Source: Octopus vulgaris (lineage: Eukaryota). From it: a stretch of DNA of 64,000 nucleotides. Location: the NCBI GenBank assembly GCA_951406725.2, contig OX597837.1, positions 24,552,001-24,616,000 on the forward strand. The letters run 5' to 3'. The notes beneath the pieces were generated by a model that was not told the origin of the DNA, did no database searches, and was given only the letters and a program-made list of their open reading frames with translations. A program made the position numbers and the translations under genes. Of this stretch, positions 38,674 through 53,189 are shown in pieces. How positions within the stretch are numbered: position 1 is the first letter of the stretch; each line of letters begins with the position of its first letter.

Positions 38674-39248
38674 AATCCATATACAATTGTGTTCATGTTT
38701 TGACCCAGGGACTTCAAATGAAGAATCCCTGAAATGCAAGAGAGGATGTAAGGATTTGGAGCAAGGTCTTGAGCAACTGTAAAGTAAGATGAGAGGAACA
38801 GAACTATAGTTGTAAGAGGGAATGTGACAGTTAACGGGGGAAGGGAAGGGTGAAAGTGAAAAGCTAATAAGGTGTGTTGTATAGTGAAATCTAGGACTAT
38901 CTTACACTATAAGAGCAAATATAAGCAGGTATGGGTGAGTGACAGGAAGAGCATCTGGCTGTAAAACAATGTCTCAATAATAGGTTTCATTCATGCTAGC
39001 AAGGGAAAACAGTTGTAAAAGCAACGCAAAACATAATTATGTGTATGTCTGTAACACCCATTACAAAAATATTTAAACCATTAATATGTGTGCAGGTCTG
39101 TGTACACACAAAGTCACACATCTTTAGCTCTATTGCAGTAGGCACCTTTACTAGCTATGAGGCTAAATACTAAAATTCCAAATGAAATAACGAATTCTGA
39201 TGCTGTGAAAAGCCTACAGGAAAACTTCTATATCATACGCAACCGGTA

Positions 39249-39638
39249 TACTCTTTTACTTGTTTCAGTCATTTGACTGTGGCCATGCTGGAGCACCGCC
39301 TTTAGTCGAGCAAATCGACTACAGGACTTATTCTTTGTAAGCCTAGTACTTATTCTGTCGGTCTCTTTGCCGAACTGCTAAGTTACAGGGACGTAAACAC
39401 ACCAGCATCAGTTGTCGAGCAATGTTGGGGGGACAAACACAGACACACACACACACGTGTATATATATATATATACGATGGTCTTCTTTCAGTTTCTGTC
39501 TACCAAATCCACTCACAAGGCTCTGGTTGGCCCGAGGCTATAGTAGAAGACACTTGCCCAAGGTGCCACGCAGTGGGACTGAACTCAGAACCATGTGGTT
39601 GGTAAGCAAGCTACTTACCACACAGCCACTCCTACGCC
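39249..39638 (-). mobile_element. Full-length tRNA-derived SINE (46039 family)
   Basis: Closely similar to 46039-46452. Confidence 0.9.
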
Positions 39639-42600
39639 TACTGAAGTATGAAGAAGAAACTAACATACAATTGGGCATGAGGGAGTTTCAAGCAGTCCAG
39701 TTATCAGCACTTCAACACACCATTCACTTGTATTCTTGAGGACAGGAAAGATTACAATCCCAGACACAGAACCTTTGTCACCCAACAACAGATATCATCA
39801 TCATCATTTAATGTCCACTGAAAACTTAAATATCAACGCACATGCACATACACCATATACTTACAGACTTACATTTTAGCAATTTTAAAATATTGTTTTT
39901 ATGCTACAATAGCTGCAGTTAGAACTTGTTAATACTAAGAGTCAATAATTCAGTGATAGACCAATCGCGAATTAGCTACATATTCTAAACATTACCAAAA
40001 CCTTATCAAAGCTGACAAACTTGGTTTCTTTTCTTAGATCACTACAATAAATACTTAATATTCAAATATTCTTTTGGGAGAAATGTTGTTCCTGTGAAGT
40101 CAATTTTATCAGACAAAAACATGCAAAGATAAAACCTTTACTAACTAGATACAGTTTATACAAAATCATAGTAAGATTTTTTTTCTTTTTTTATTTGATG
40201 AGTTTAGAAGAAGGGGCACTGTTCATGACCTTTGCAAGGCCAATGAATTTGATGCCATTAACATCCTGTTTAAAGTGTTGCAGAGCAAAAATTACAATAA
40301 AGACATGAGAAGGAAAATGATACCAAAAAGTTGGTGTTTTAGAGAGAAAGGACTGGGCATAATAACAGTCAGTGCTGGATTGAGGATGAAGTGATGAATG
40401 GATAAGTGGTGGAGGTATGAGAGGAACCAGCTATGAGGATAGAAAAGACAAGGACAGGAGTTAACATGCCTATGGATGGGCCAGGCTGAAAGATGCCACA
40501 TATATGGCACTTCGTTGGGTTCCAGTTGACCCAGCCAACAGAACAGTCTATGAATGAAATTAACATGCAAGTAGCTAGACACTCTTCACACATGTGTACC
40601 CTTAATGAAGTTTTCAGGGAGATTCAGTATAACAGAATGTGACATGGCTGGCCCTTTGAAATACAAGTACTATGCATTTTTTTCCAGCTGAGTGGACTGG
40701 AGGAACATGAAATAAAGTGTATTACGATCATGGGCCAAATACTCCTAACCACTAAACCACATGCCTTTCAAAAATACCCAACTCTAGGGGGGACCCCCTT
40801 AAGACCCATTATCAATCAGACAGATCAGCATGTTATTTGCTATTTTCTGGATTAATAATTTCATCCTTTCAAATGTAACAACATGCACTTAAAAGAATAA
40901 ATCCCAAACATGCCAATCCCATTCTACCACAAAGTCATTTTGGATTGAGCCTATTTACAAGGGTTCAAACAGACAAGGTAGTATTAGTTGTTAAAGCCAG
41001 AAATAAAAGAAAAAAAATACTGATGTCATCATAGAGATGTTAACACTATGCTTAACAATGATTACACTAAACTACTTTACCTTCCAAAATCTGATTGTGC
41101 TACCATCTTTCAGCTATTTCAACATCGGAAGATCCAATTTCTTAACTATAACGCTTCATAAACATTATTACATATAATGAATTCGTACGTAGGTTTTGTA
41201 AGAAAATGAATTATAATTCAAGTCTTAAAAAAGATCCATCACGATGCCAGACATGCCTGCATTGCATGATCTCAACTAATATCTATTCAAAACAGTACAC
41301 ACTGCACATATATAAACAACATCCATAAACCTATACAGTGAGACAAAGAACAACAATAAAAGCAACTTAAAATGAAAGTGAAGAGCACCATATATGGCTC
41401 ACACTGTGTCGGCCTTCTAATAAAACAAAGCTCTTCTTGTCCAACCACATTGATATATCATAAACACTTTAAAATATAATAACAGATTTATGTAATCATT
41501 TTCCTTCCTGCTTCATTCAAACAAACAAAATGTATTCAAATCGCTACACTGGGGAGACAGAAATAACAGAGCAAAGTTAATGGGGTTAACATTTAATTTG
41601 TATTGTTTTAGAGAGGTGAAAACAAAGATTAGGTTCTATAGGAGAACTAAAACAAATGTTTAGTGTGGATCTAGGCGGTGAGATAATGAAGATGAGCCAT
41701 TAGAACAATGTAGTATAGAGTTAAGTTTAGAGAATAAAAAACATACAAATATGACATTTGAGCACAAAGAAATGGGGGACTCATTGGAGAATGTTGTGAA
41801 GTATTACCTATCCAATACATAATCTTTTATTGGGGGCCATGTTAAATGCATGTGGCCTATCCATCTACATGTGTCAAGTACACTGTGGTAGGTGTGAAAC
41901 CAAATGTATGATGTAAAATATACATTTATATGAGTATGTTGTATGGGGTAACTGCTAAAAGCTAAAAATAGTTTCAAGCTCTGAACAGAGAACTAAAGTT
42001 TTGTGATGTACTCTTCAATAAGAGTCTGTAATGTCTAGCATTTGAACAGAGTTTATGTTGGCCTGGGAGTGTGTCTTGTTCACAAAGGGAAATATATAGT
42101 TTATGTTACATATAGTTATTTAGTGGTTAATTAGATTAATGCATATTCAAAGAGAGAGTAATATATCTTCACAATATTCACATATCATATAAACTTAATT
42201 AACAAAACATTAATGAAGATAAAAATTAACAAGATTGTATTAAATGTAATGTAGTGTTACTTGATAGACATGAATAAAACAAATAAACAACAAGGAGAAA
42301 TGACCATAATTTGAGTTTGCTAAATTGGAAATTTATTCAAGATTTGAACCTTGAAAAAATAGTAATGATATCTTAGAATGTCTAGACACCAATTCAATAA
42401 CTGTCAAAATAATTTAACCTCCTAATATAAAACAGTCCATTACAGCAGGAGAAATATAGCAACTGCACAAAACATGAGGAATTCAACTATGAAAAGTGTT
42501 ATACAATTCAAAACAATTGGAATTCACATAATTTTACAACTGAGAAAACAATGTTCGTGTAGGTTAACAAACATGAACATTTTCCACAGAAGTACAGATG

Positions 42601-42792
42601 ATTAAAAAAATAATTGTAGCTAGTTTATTCCAAAATAAACAAATCAAAGCCTTCAGCCTGTTGGATAATCAAAACTACAACACAAACAGATATGAAAACG
42701 AAAACATAATACAGCAAAGAAATATCTTACATTGCATTTAAGTGAAGAGAGGAACCAGTGTTGAGAAGAGTTCAAATAAACAGAAAACTCAC

Positions 42793-43557
42793 CTACTGCT
42801 AGCACAGGATCCCGTCTTTTTGGCTTTGAGACCTGACTGGACGTTGTCCAACCTGTTTACCCCACTTCTTGAAGTAGATGATCTGTTTGGCACTCCACTC
42901 CTTGTTTTCTTAGATGATGCTTTTAATAGAGAAGCTTCTTTTCCACTGTTCAGATCTTGAATACAAGTCCTGATCTTTTTAGAAGGTATTGGGCGGACTT
43001 CGGCTGCAGCTGCCAAACTGTCTTCTTCAGTAGTAACAGCTGCAATTATTGTACCGGATGGACCAGCGTTGTTCAAGTGAAGTTCACTTGTTAAAGACGT
43101 TGGGTTGCTCTCTCTCTTTTTGGTCTGTTTCCTTTTCCCTCGGCTTTTTACCTGATTATCAAGTCGAATGCTTGAAGTGGGCAAAATTTCTGAATGGGAA
43201 CCAGAACGCAAATTCTTTCGTGATCCTTGTTTTTTTATAGCTTTAGAATAACTAGAATCCACAGCTGATCCTGATCCACTTGGTTGTGGGAGGCTCTCTG
43301 AGCTCTCTAACTGAATAGGCAAAGGATTATCTACTTTAGTGGTACGAACAGGAATTTTTGACTTAATTCGTTTGGGTTTTGCACCAAAGCCACCACTGTC
43401 TATAGGGTTCTTGTAAGCATGTGCAGCCACAAAAAATTCTGACTCAGAAGCAGATTCCTCAATAGTTTCTTTGTTAAATCGTTTCCTGCTTTTCTGTACT
43501 TTGTCAGAAGAATCTGAAGTCTCTCTAGGGAAGCCTTTTGCAGTAGTTTTACCACCA
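42793..43557 (-). CDS. TRIP12: TRIP12 coding exon 2, large S/K/R-rich disordered region
   Basis: 765 nt open frame, phase 2-2, ending KKTGSCASS (human KTTGSCASTS, recalled); donor AG|GTGAGT. Confidence 0.92.
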
Positions 43558-46038
43558 CTAAAATTAAGAGAAGATTAGTATTTAGATACAGCCCCACTGA
43601 CAATGTAAAAAAGGAAACCAACAATGTGACATAAGAGTCCCTATTAACATGAAATACAAACATGTGCAGCCTAGAGAGGAGTTTCAGATTTTACTATCTA
43701 AAACAATCAACTAGTAACAAAAACTATTACTTCTAATCACCAGTATTGCTCTGATTACCAATATACCCTATCATACTAGAGCTTAAACTTATGTGTAAAC
43801 CTAAGCAAGAGTTTGTGTGTGTGCATGTGTATATCTGAGTGCATGAGGGTATATACACGCAAAGAATGAGTAAAGGTTTGCAGACATTATGCAAGAGTGT
43901 GTGTGTGTGTGTGAAAGAGAGAGATAGAAGGGGGGTTGTGGGTGAATGTTACAGAGTGTAGGTAAAAGAACAGTTCTGGAGAGAGGGGATGCAAGGCAAG
44001 AGATAGCTGTTTATGTGAGTTTGTCTGCAAATTTGTCACATATGCATGTATACATAGTTTTAGAAAAGAAAATCAGCTGGTCTTCTCACCTTAATGACAT
44101 CAATTTAATTTTCAAAGAACAAAAGCAACAAAAACAAATATTTCTACAAATTAAGCAGAATTTAATTTACAGAAATAACTATGGGTAAATTAAATTAGGT
44201 ACAAACTTAAGTTATTAAATTTATCCAAAAAGTAAATATCTTTCCTTTGTTAAGTTTGTGATCCAACATTTAATAAAAACAGTTTCTAAAATTTTAGTTC
44301 AAGGAATTTAGATGAAAGCATTTAGTTTACAATCTACACATAAAAAAAGAACAATGAACCTAACCTGATTTTCTTTCAGTCTGTGAAAGATCCTAAACTT
44401 AAGCTAAAATATAACCTGAAAAATCTGCCTTCATTAAGATGCTATGCAAGATCAGTAAAAAAAGTTGACATGTTTGTGTAAAATAGTACTTACAGCTCAT
44501 AAAAATAAAACAAATCAAAACTAGACAGACTCATATTTCAGATAAGAGAACAATAACAGTTCTTTTATTCTTTTACTGGTTTCATTCACTGATTTGTGAT
44601 CATTCTGAGAAACAGCATTTTTTTCTTTCCTGTATCTGATTATATCAACACCAGTATTTAGCTGGTGATATTTTAACACAGTGACTAGGACAAAGATTCA
44701 ACTTAATGCCACAAGGTATTTTCTCTGACATTCAACAGACTCAGCCATCTATTACTCTAGGCTTTCATTTTTTTTCTTCTTCCTAATTACTTTAAAATTA
44801 GACTATTAGCCATTTCAGCACTTTGTTTTTGTCACTATAAAAACCAATGCAAGCACTACTTTTAAAAATATATAACCTGGAAACTTTACAGGTTTACAAA
44901 TTACAAGAGATAAACAAGATTAGGGTTCAACTTTAAAGTATTGTTTTCTGTATGTTTCTATAACAAGAGATAAGATTTATCAAATCAATAAATCAATGCA
45001 AATATTGCAGCTATAAAAAAACATCTAAGTAGTGTAAGAGGATTAAAGCTGAATTATCAATATGAAAGGAAGTTGTTACTGAAAAGGAAGGCTTCTATAA
45101 CTCTATATCATTTCATAAACAAAATTGTCAAGAGCAACTATCAAGGTTATTCTAGGACAGGGATTAAAAACTAGTACAGGTAACACTTTTCTAGGAATTG
45201 CAATTTGTTGAAAATGGTAGTATTTCCAATACGTTGTTTGGATACACAAATTAAATTTATCATACATTAAGGAATCCATCTTTAGTCCATCAGAAATCTA
45301 AAAGTGGGCAAATATTTTAAACCAGTTTAACTCACTGTGATTATATTGAAGTTAGCAACATAGTTATGTAGTGGCTCTTCTTTCTTTCTTTTCTTCTATT
45401 TCCACATTAGCAACATGCAGATGTTATAAGTGGCAGCAACATAAGATACAATATAGTGGTGGTTCTATTGTCTTTTATGGGCAGACTGCCAGTGAAGATC
45501 TAAGTCTTTCGTAAGACAGATGCCATTCTCAATTCAAAACAACACAATCCTTCACAACATATTCCATGCACATCACCATTCCAAACGATTCTTATAAATA
45601 AATGACAGCAATTTTGTTGGCTCAAATGTAAATTGATATAATTTTCTCTATACATATTTTTTGTTGTTAAATACTCTGAATTTCTCAAAATTCTGCAAAA
45701 AGATATTTGGATTTACCTGGGATATGTATTCTACTAACATTTACTGGTATCTGATTGTTGAACATTCATAACCAAATTCTTTTAATACTGAGTGCTTTAT
45801 TGATAACTGCCAGGATTTTTTAATCCCATTTTTTCTTGTTTTATATATATATATATATATATACACATAATTTTATTTTATATGACCACTATCAACCTGA
45901 AGAGATGCTTCTGCACCGTGGGATGCACCATAATTCATTGTATAGTTTCCCATCCGTGAGGGAGCAATGCAGGATGTGTCAAAATGATTGTTGCGATAAA
46001 GTTTCCAGTATACTCTTTCTGCCATTGTTTCAACTATA

Positions 46039-46452
46039 TACTCTTTACTCTTTTACTTGTTTCAGTCATTTGACTGCGGCCATGCTGGAGCACCGCCTTT
46101 AATCGAGCAACTCGACCACAGGACTTATTCTTTTGTAAGCCCAGTACTTATTCTATCGGTCTCTTTTGCCGAACCGCTAAGTAACGGGGACATAAACACA
46201 CCAGCATCGGTTGTCAAGCAATGCTAGGGGGACAAACACAGACACACAAACACACACACGCATATATATATATATATATATACATATATACGACGGGCTT
46301 CTTTCAGTTTCCGTCTACCAAATCCACTCACAAGGCTTTGGTCAGCCCGAGGCTATAGTAGAAGACACTTGCCCAAGGTGCCACGCAGTGGGACTGAACC
46401 CGGAACCATGTGGTTGGTAAACAAGCTACTTACCACACAGCCACTCCTGCGC
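46039..46452 (-). mobile_element. Young full-length tRNA-derived SINE with CORE-like segment (octopus OR/OK-type) and internal (TA)/(TG) microsatellite
   Basis: A box TGGCTGTGTGG, B box GGTTCAGTCC, ccttgggcaagtgtc CORE-like block, aagagta tail. Family name is from memory. Confidence 0.88.
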
Positions 46453-47500
46453 TATATATATATAAAAAAACAAAGGAGTAAAACTAACCAACTCTTGTAC
46501 TCATTGGTCATTAGAAACTGCCCTCTAAAAGTTATTTGCACAGATCCAGTGTAATATTTCTATTTCTTTTGTTTTATGTTAAAATTAAAATGGCACATAT
46601 CTTTTCACAAATAATTTGACATAATTCTTTTCCCACTGTAATACAAGATGGTGATAAAATTTTAGCCACAAGTAGTTGCTTTTGATGCCCTACTAAAAAT
46701 TTAAGCAAAAAGGAATCTACTTTATTGAGGCAAACAGACTATTGTTTCATCTAATAACAATGACTACAACTAAACTGGAATTTTTGCTATCTAAAGTGTC
46801 TCAAAGTTAATTTTTTGATCAAGTTTAAAACATTCAAAATAGGTGCATAAAATAATCAGAAAATATTACCCATAATAAGCATCAAAAGTTTTCAGCTTCA
46901 AATGCAGTTATTGGTGATAAATATACTCTACTTTCTTCGATTGCTTCATAATTAGTAACAAAAATAAAAACAACTAAATGTAAAATATTAAAATTTTTGA
47001 AAAGCACTCAACCCACTGAGATTTTTAAAAAAAAGTAACAAAAAGAAAAATCTTATCTCTTCACAGGCAATTAAGTTTTTGCCAACATGATGTGTCTTAA
47101 GAACGACCAACAAAACATGCTTTAAAACAGTGAACAAAAATTATTGCCTGTTATAGTTATAATTGCTTGTTATAATTAAAAAGATAAGTTTCAGTCATTC
47201 AGTAAGTCAAGCACATCAATGTTTTTCAATCCATTTCAACTTGCATTAGCAACACTTCCAGAAGAAAAGCAAAAACATTACAACTTAACATTGGAACCTG
47301 GGGAAGGCTCTATGTTGTAATAAAGATAAAAACACACACAAAATCCTAATAGAATGATGAAACAGAAATAGAAAGCAAACTTATGTAAGTAAGCATTGTA
47401 ACAGTTCAGAAAAGGCCTTCAAATTGACTCCTGCCAATACAGACACTGCCAGTTTCCACACAATTTAGTGATTATCTGTCCATAGTGTATCACATTAGAC

Positions 47501-47701
47501 CAGTGCTTTTCAAACTTTTTGCTGGAGCAGAACCCCAAGGAAACATTCCACTGGCTCGAGGAACCCCTGTGCAATAATTTAATAGTCTTATGCACACATA
47601 TTGGCACAGGAGAATTAAAAATTACTGCCGATTTTAGCAGTTTTGTAACTTCTTGCGGAACCCCTGGACTGTACTGGCGGAACCCTGGTTGAAAACCACT
47701 G
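47501..47701. mobile_element. hAT (Charlie-type) MITE
   Basis: CAGTGCTTTTCAA...TTGAAAACCACTG with a perfect 8-bp TSD cattagac. Confidence 0.92.
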
Positions 47702-47846
47702 CATTAGACATTAATATGAACAGCTGAAAAGGTGCAAGTGAACTCATCACTGCTTCTCCTATCTATATAAAAGCGTCTATAGCAGCACCACTCAGTACAC
47801 TGGTTTCAACTAAATCTGGTGCAAGTAAGTATACTATGCTATAACT

Positions 47847-48211
47847 CAGTGATTCCTAATGTAGGGCATAGGCTCCCACTAGTGGGGCCTGGGAAAATTG
47901 TGAGGCATGGGATCCTTTTTTTTATTTTTTAAGTGGAATATGGAACTGTGAAAATCTATTTTTCACAGAAAACATACTACACCTATACTCAGCCTAACCA
48001 AACCAATCCAATCCCTCCAGCCAAGCATACTGCCTGAAACTGTTTGCAATAATATAGTGCTATTCTAATGCTCTTGTGTGGATATCTCTTTAAGGAAAAT
48101 ATATGGTTGTGCAATATTAAAAATAAAACTTTTTTCCAACCATTAGTAGGGCATACATTTTTCTGAAAAGCTAAAGTGGGGCCTGGGGAGAAAATAGGTT
48201 GAGAAACACTG
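47847..48211. mobile_element. hAT (Charlie-type) MITE
   Basis: CAGTGATTCCTAA...TTGAGAAACACTG with a perfect 8-bp TSD ctataact. Confidence 0.9.
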
Positions 48212-48559
48212 CTATAACTAGATAAGTGTGCTGGGCTTGTCAGACATGGTTGACAAAATATTCCCAAATGTAGCTGGATGGTACACTATGCCAACTTATC
48301 ACATCTCTGCATTTCTTTGGATCACATTTGCCAGGCGAAGAGGAACTCCACATCTAGACAACTCAGGATCACTACAATCATCATCAAGGTCCAGACTCCA
48401 GAGAGGTCTCACAGATGCTATTGCAAAGCAGCAAAATCAATGAAGAGGCAACAGTTATGAGTAATAAATCTAACCAGATTGGTAGTAGGTACATGTACTA
48501 GAGTTAGTTTCTGAGAGTGGGAGTGCTCATCACGTCACCAATCAGCTGCTGCCCACCTC

Positions 48560-51500
48560 CATCCAGACATCATCTGGTCAACAAGGTGCTGATCCACCAT
48601 TGTCTGCTGCTTCAGTGGGTGCTTGGTGCTTAGAATTTATCACGAAACACAGAGAACAAAGAATAAACCAGCAATCAAAGAACTAGCCACTTGGAATGTT
48701 AGGACCGTGTGTCCTGGGCTCTTTGATGACATACAAATCAAAAAAGAGTAGGAAAACAATTATCAATTCTGAGCTGAAGAAACTGGAATTTGACTTATTT
48801 CTAGCAATTCCAGAGACCACATAGAAGTATCCTTTGTTGGCTTGTAATAAAGTTGTTATAATTGAAGGTGAATAAATAGGATCATGAAGATCAGGAAAAT
48901 AGCTGGAATGTCATTGGGAGCTGTACATAAATTGCACAATGCTGAACATATCTTGGATTATCATATATATAGAAGATAATCAGAACTGGGGGGGGGTGAA
49001 GGCATGTGGCCAGTGGCTAGTGTGTTGCATTCAAAATCACTGGATCATGGGTTCAATTCTCAGACCAGGCAGTATGTTGTGTTCTTGAGCAAAACACTTC
49101 ATTTCACAGTGCTCCAATCCACACAGCTGTAAATGTGTAAACCCTACAATGGAATAGTCTTTCAACCAGGGATGAATGATGGCCTACTCACCAAGCCAAC
49201 GGAGTGGCATCATTCAAAAGCTAAAACAATGCAAAGTGCATTGTGACCAGCAACATATAAAAACATCTGATAGTCTTGCAAGTTATTTGGTGATCCTGCC
49301 AATGCCAGTGCCACATAATAAGCATCCAGTCCACATTGTGAAATGGTTGGCATTTGAAAGGGCATCCAGCTGTAAAAACCATGCCAAAACTGACCTTGCC
49401 TGTGCTGGTGTCATGTAAAAAGCACTTAGTCTACTTTGTAAGGTGGTTAGTGTTAGGAAGGGCATCCAGTCGCAAAAATCATGCCAAAACATACACAGTA
49501 GCCTAGTGTAGTCTTCCATCTGGTCAGCTGCTGTCTAACTGTCCAAGCCATGCCAGTAAGGAAGGCGGATGTTAAACAATCATCATGATGATTATAATAA
49601 ATATATATAGTTCTCTTTTTCCTCCTTCCATTTACCACTAACTTCGCTCTTTCTTTTGGTCTCTTCCCCAGCATAACACTCCACAGCTTAAAGAAGCAGT
49701 ACAAGAGACTAGTGGATTGGTTTCTGGCAAGGCAGATGCTCTGAAAAAACCCACCTGCATGACATTGGTTTTGCTGTCAGAAACAGCTTGCTGCTCATAA
49801 TAGTTCCTCCTTCCAACATTCTAGAGAACATGTTTCCTTCTGCCTTCCAGCATTAAAATCTAATCATTTTCAATATTTATGCTCAAGAAACAAAAGAACA
49901 GTTTTATGAAGATCTCAGCACCGTCAGCAGCAAGATACCAGAATTCAACACATCATTCAGCAATATAATTTCAAATCTAGAATCAGATTGTACCACAGCT
50001 CTTAACTAGTTTTTCTGGGATACTTTGGACACTGGCAAAAAAAAAAAAAAAAATAAGGCCAGAGATTGCTGGGGCTCTGCTCTTACAAAACTGTGCATTG
50101 CCAACACATTTCTTCAGGGCACCCTCTTCATGGAGGTCTTCTGTTGACATCCAAGGTCCAGACAATGACATTATTGGGGGTGAGCTGCCCTCAAGCGTGT
50201 GCTTCTCACATTAAGCTTCCACTATGCCAACTGCAACACAATGTGCTGTAAAATCTGACTAAACTCAAAGCTCCACCACACCCAGCAGAAACAATGCCCA
50301 CATATCAACACCATAAGAGTAACAAACTCAGAACTTCACATAAAACTCAATGATCAAATGGAATGAGCCTTCAAAGAACAGAATCACATCTATAGAGAGG
50401 TATTAATTCATCTTCAACACTGTAACATGGCTACATCATACGTTGAGGTGAGAAACCATTAGTCTGAATGCAACCTGTTTTAGGCAAGCTTTAGTCAATT
50501 TGCAAGACCCAGCAGAAAAGAACACCACTGCAATGGCAAGAAGCAATACTGTAAGAACAGTTAGATGCTGTGCAAATAGCTAATGGTATAATTTGTCAGA
50601 ACATTCACTATTGTACTGACAGTAGCAATATGCAAGGAATGTATGAAGTCTGAGAATACAGCTGTCAAAGTCTGTGCCAAGTTGATGCAGAAAGAGACAA
50701 AAGACTGTCAAATCATACTCCACCAGCTGAATGGTTGATTTTGGTTTTGCCAGGATCCCAACCCTTCCTATCATGACAAAGAGCCTAGCTCCAACAAAAG
50801 GTGAAATACATAAGGTCGTCATCTTGCTCGCAGCAAGCTATCAAGCAGTCATCATGGCATAACTAATCCAGTCTGGAAGCCAGTGCTAGAGAAACATCTT
50901 CACAAGCTAATGTGGCGCTGGTGGGAGTAGAGCTATATTGCCAAAGTTGCATGTGATACACATTACACTGTGCAAGAAAAATAGAGACTAATGCAACTGA
51001 AACAATCAGAGAGATGTATCTGCTCAAAATCATCAACAAGACTTCCAACCAAGAAATTGTAAAGAGGCTTCAGAGTGGCTTCAAGGAAGAGAGACCATTA
51101 ACTGATATAATCTTTCTCATGTAGCAACAGAAGAACTCACAACACAGACAACCCATTTATGTTGCCCTCACTGACTTAAGTCTTTTGATTTTGTGAGAAA
51201 ATTTGATGTCATGAGAAGTAAATATCACTTCTTCCCGTGGTAGCAATTCCATGGATAATTTTAAAAGCTCTTCTCTATACAAAGTGAAGCAAGTCTACAC
51301 TATCCTGATGTTTTGGGAGAATTTTCTGTAAACTGGTAGAGTGTTTTGACATATTAGGCCCAACAACAAACTCTTCAGTCATTACAGCCTAAAAATGACA
51401 ATGTGTATCAGGTTCTAATCAGAGAAATAATCTTTGCTGATTATAATACTGCTTCAACCTGTGACATGCAGTGGGATCTCTAGGAACTGGGAAGTGAAGT

Positions 51501-52030
51501 CACACATGCTTGCTAAGAGTTTAGCACCACCAGGAGGCTAAACAAGAGATTGTAAGCCAGGAGGTTAATGAAATCCCCAGCATCAATACCAGTGATCTCC
51601 TCCTGTGAGTAGGGGACAAATTCTCCATCTACCTAGGAGTATCAATTTCCCAAACCCTTTCTCTTAAACCAAAACACAACAGACAAATAGAGAAAGCTGC
51701 CACTGGCATGACCAAGTTTTCCAAGAGTGTGGACAAAGCTCATGTGCTCAGAAACTGCCTTACCCTCAATGCCTACAATGGATTTGGGAATCTAGTAAGG
51801 AAACACTAGACTATGTATGGAAAGCTCACCAAAGGATCCTAGTCCATAGAAGCCCACTGCTATATGCAGACATTCACAAACATGACTTGAAGAGGTTGCT
51901 AACATAAGGCTGAACACAGAAGAGATGGCTGCAAATCGCCGTATCTGGTGAATGTATATACAGATATTACCAAAGTAATGTAACTGTAGTCATCAGCTTT
52001 CAAATAAAGTGGCAGTATCAAGGACTGCCA
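48560..52030 (+). mobile_element. Ancient near-full-length RTE-clade LINE, heavily decayed, with nested SINEs (~48998-49590)
   Basis: APE start LATWNVRT at ~48682, NIYAQ...EQFYEDL at ~49871, RT remnants (QSGF, IFAD) at 51070-51440, 3' remnant near 51850-51950; ends approximate. Confidence 0.7.
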
Positions 52031-53189
52031 TTTTTCTGAGTCCACTACTGCATGCTTTCATTTTGTTTGTCCAAACAAATGAGGCCATCAGTCTGAACAA
52101 TATCAATATAATATAGTAAGATAAAAGGAAATTTCTTCCAAGAACAGATTTCATAAATTAACATTATCATTTAATGTCCATTTTTCTATGCTGGCATGGG
52201 TAGGACGGTTTGATAGGAACTGACAAGTCAGAAGACGACATCAAGCTCTGTCTGTTTTGGCATGGTTTTCTTTGATGCCCACCTAACAACAAATATCCTA
52301 AATTATATCAAGTTATAATTCCATTTGATACTTTTTCATGTCTCAAAATATTAAAAAAAAAAAAAAATTCCTTTCATGTACACAATGCTACCTTTTCACA
52401 TTTTTGCAGTACCTGAGTAAAACAAACTGAATACTTGTTGGTTTGGTAGTGTGGTAACGAAAATTTGTTCCTCTATGTTAAATTAATCTACATCTTCAAG
52501 AGAAACACACAGGTACATGAAATGTTTCATATGGAGAAAAAGTACCAAATCTTGGTGGGGGCCTCTATTTTGTTAAAATAGAAAACACTGAGCACACACA
52601 CACACATACATACATACAAATTAGATGTATGAAGCCAGATATATTCAGAAGAATTGAAGTTAGCTGGGTTATTCATTAGAAGGTCTACTGCAAGCCCTAA
52701 AACAGATTAGGGGTTGTATCATGAGCCTTGCTGTATTGCAAGTGAGCATGGTAGAGAAAGCAGAGGAAACGGTTCAACATGAAGGAAATGGAAGCAAAGA
52801 AAAAGGGAGAGGAATTATTTTGCAAGGATTAAGGCAAAGCTCTAAGAATAGCAAGTGCAAAGAGTTTTAAAATATTGGTGAAAACAAATCAGTATGGCAC
52901 TGGGAAAGATTGGTTGCACAATAATTTGGGGATACAGGTATTTACTGAAAGAGTGATGGAGGATTTTTAAAATAAGCAAAGTGTATAAATAAGACAAGAA
53001 GAGCCAGCTTCAGTAAACCGAATGGACAAGCCAGCCACATAAAATTAGGAACAAGGGTTAAGATAATAGGGATGATAAAACTAAGTGAGCTACACTTCTC
53101 TTTAGTATGGTAGCATAAAGATTTAAGGTTTCATGGTTGATTGGAGAACTGGAATTTCATCTAAATAGACTGAAGAGGACACTGATGAC

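Noticed and set aside
41081-41145. Protein-coding cassette exon
   Set aside because: All three frames contain stops; retained only as part of a weak poison-exon cluster.
46211-46554. Recurrent small ORFs (MSSNARGTNTD..., MPKVPRSGTEPG...) suggesting a peptide gene family
   Set aside because: They are translations of the same SINE at 19053, 39249, 46039, 55818 and 59966.
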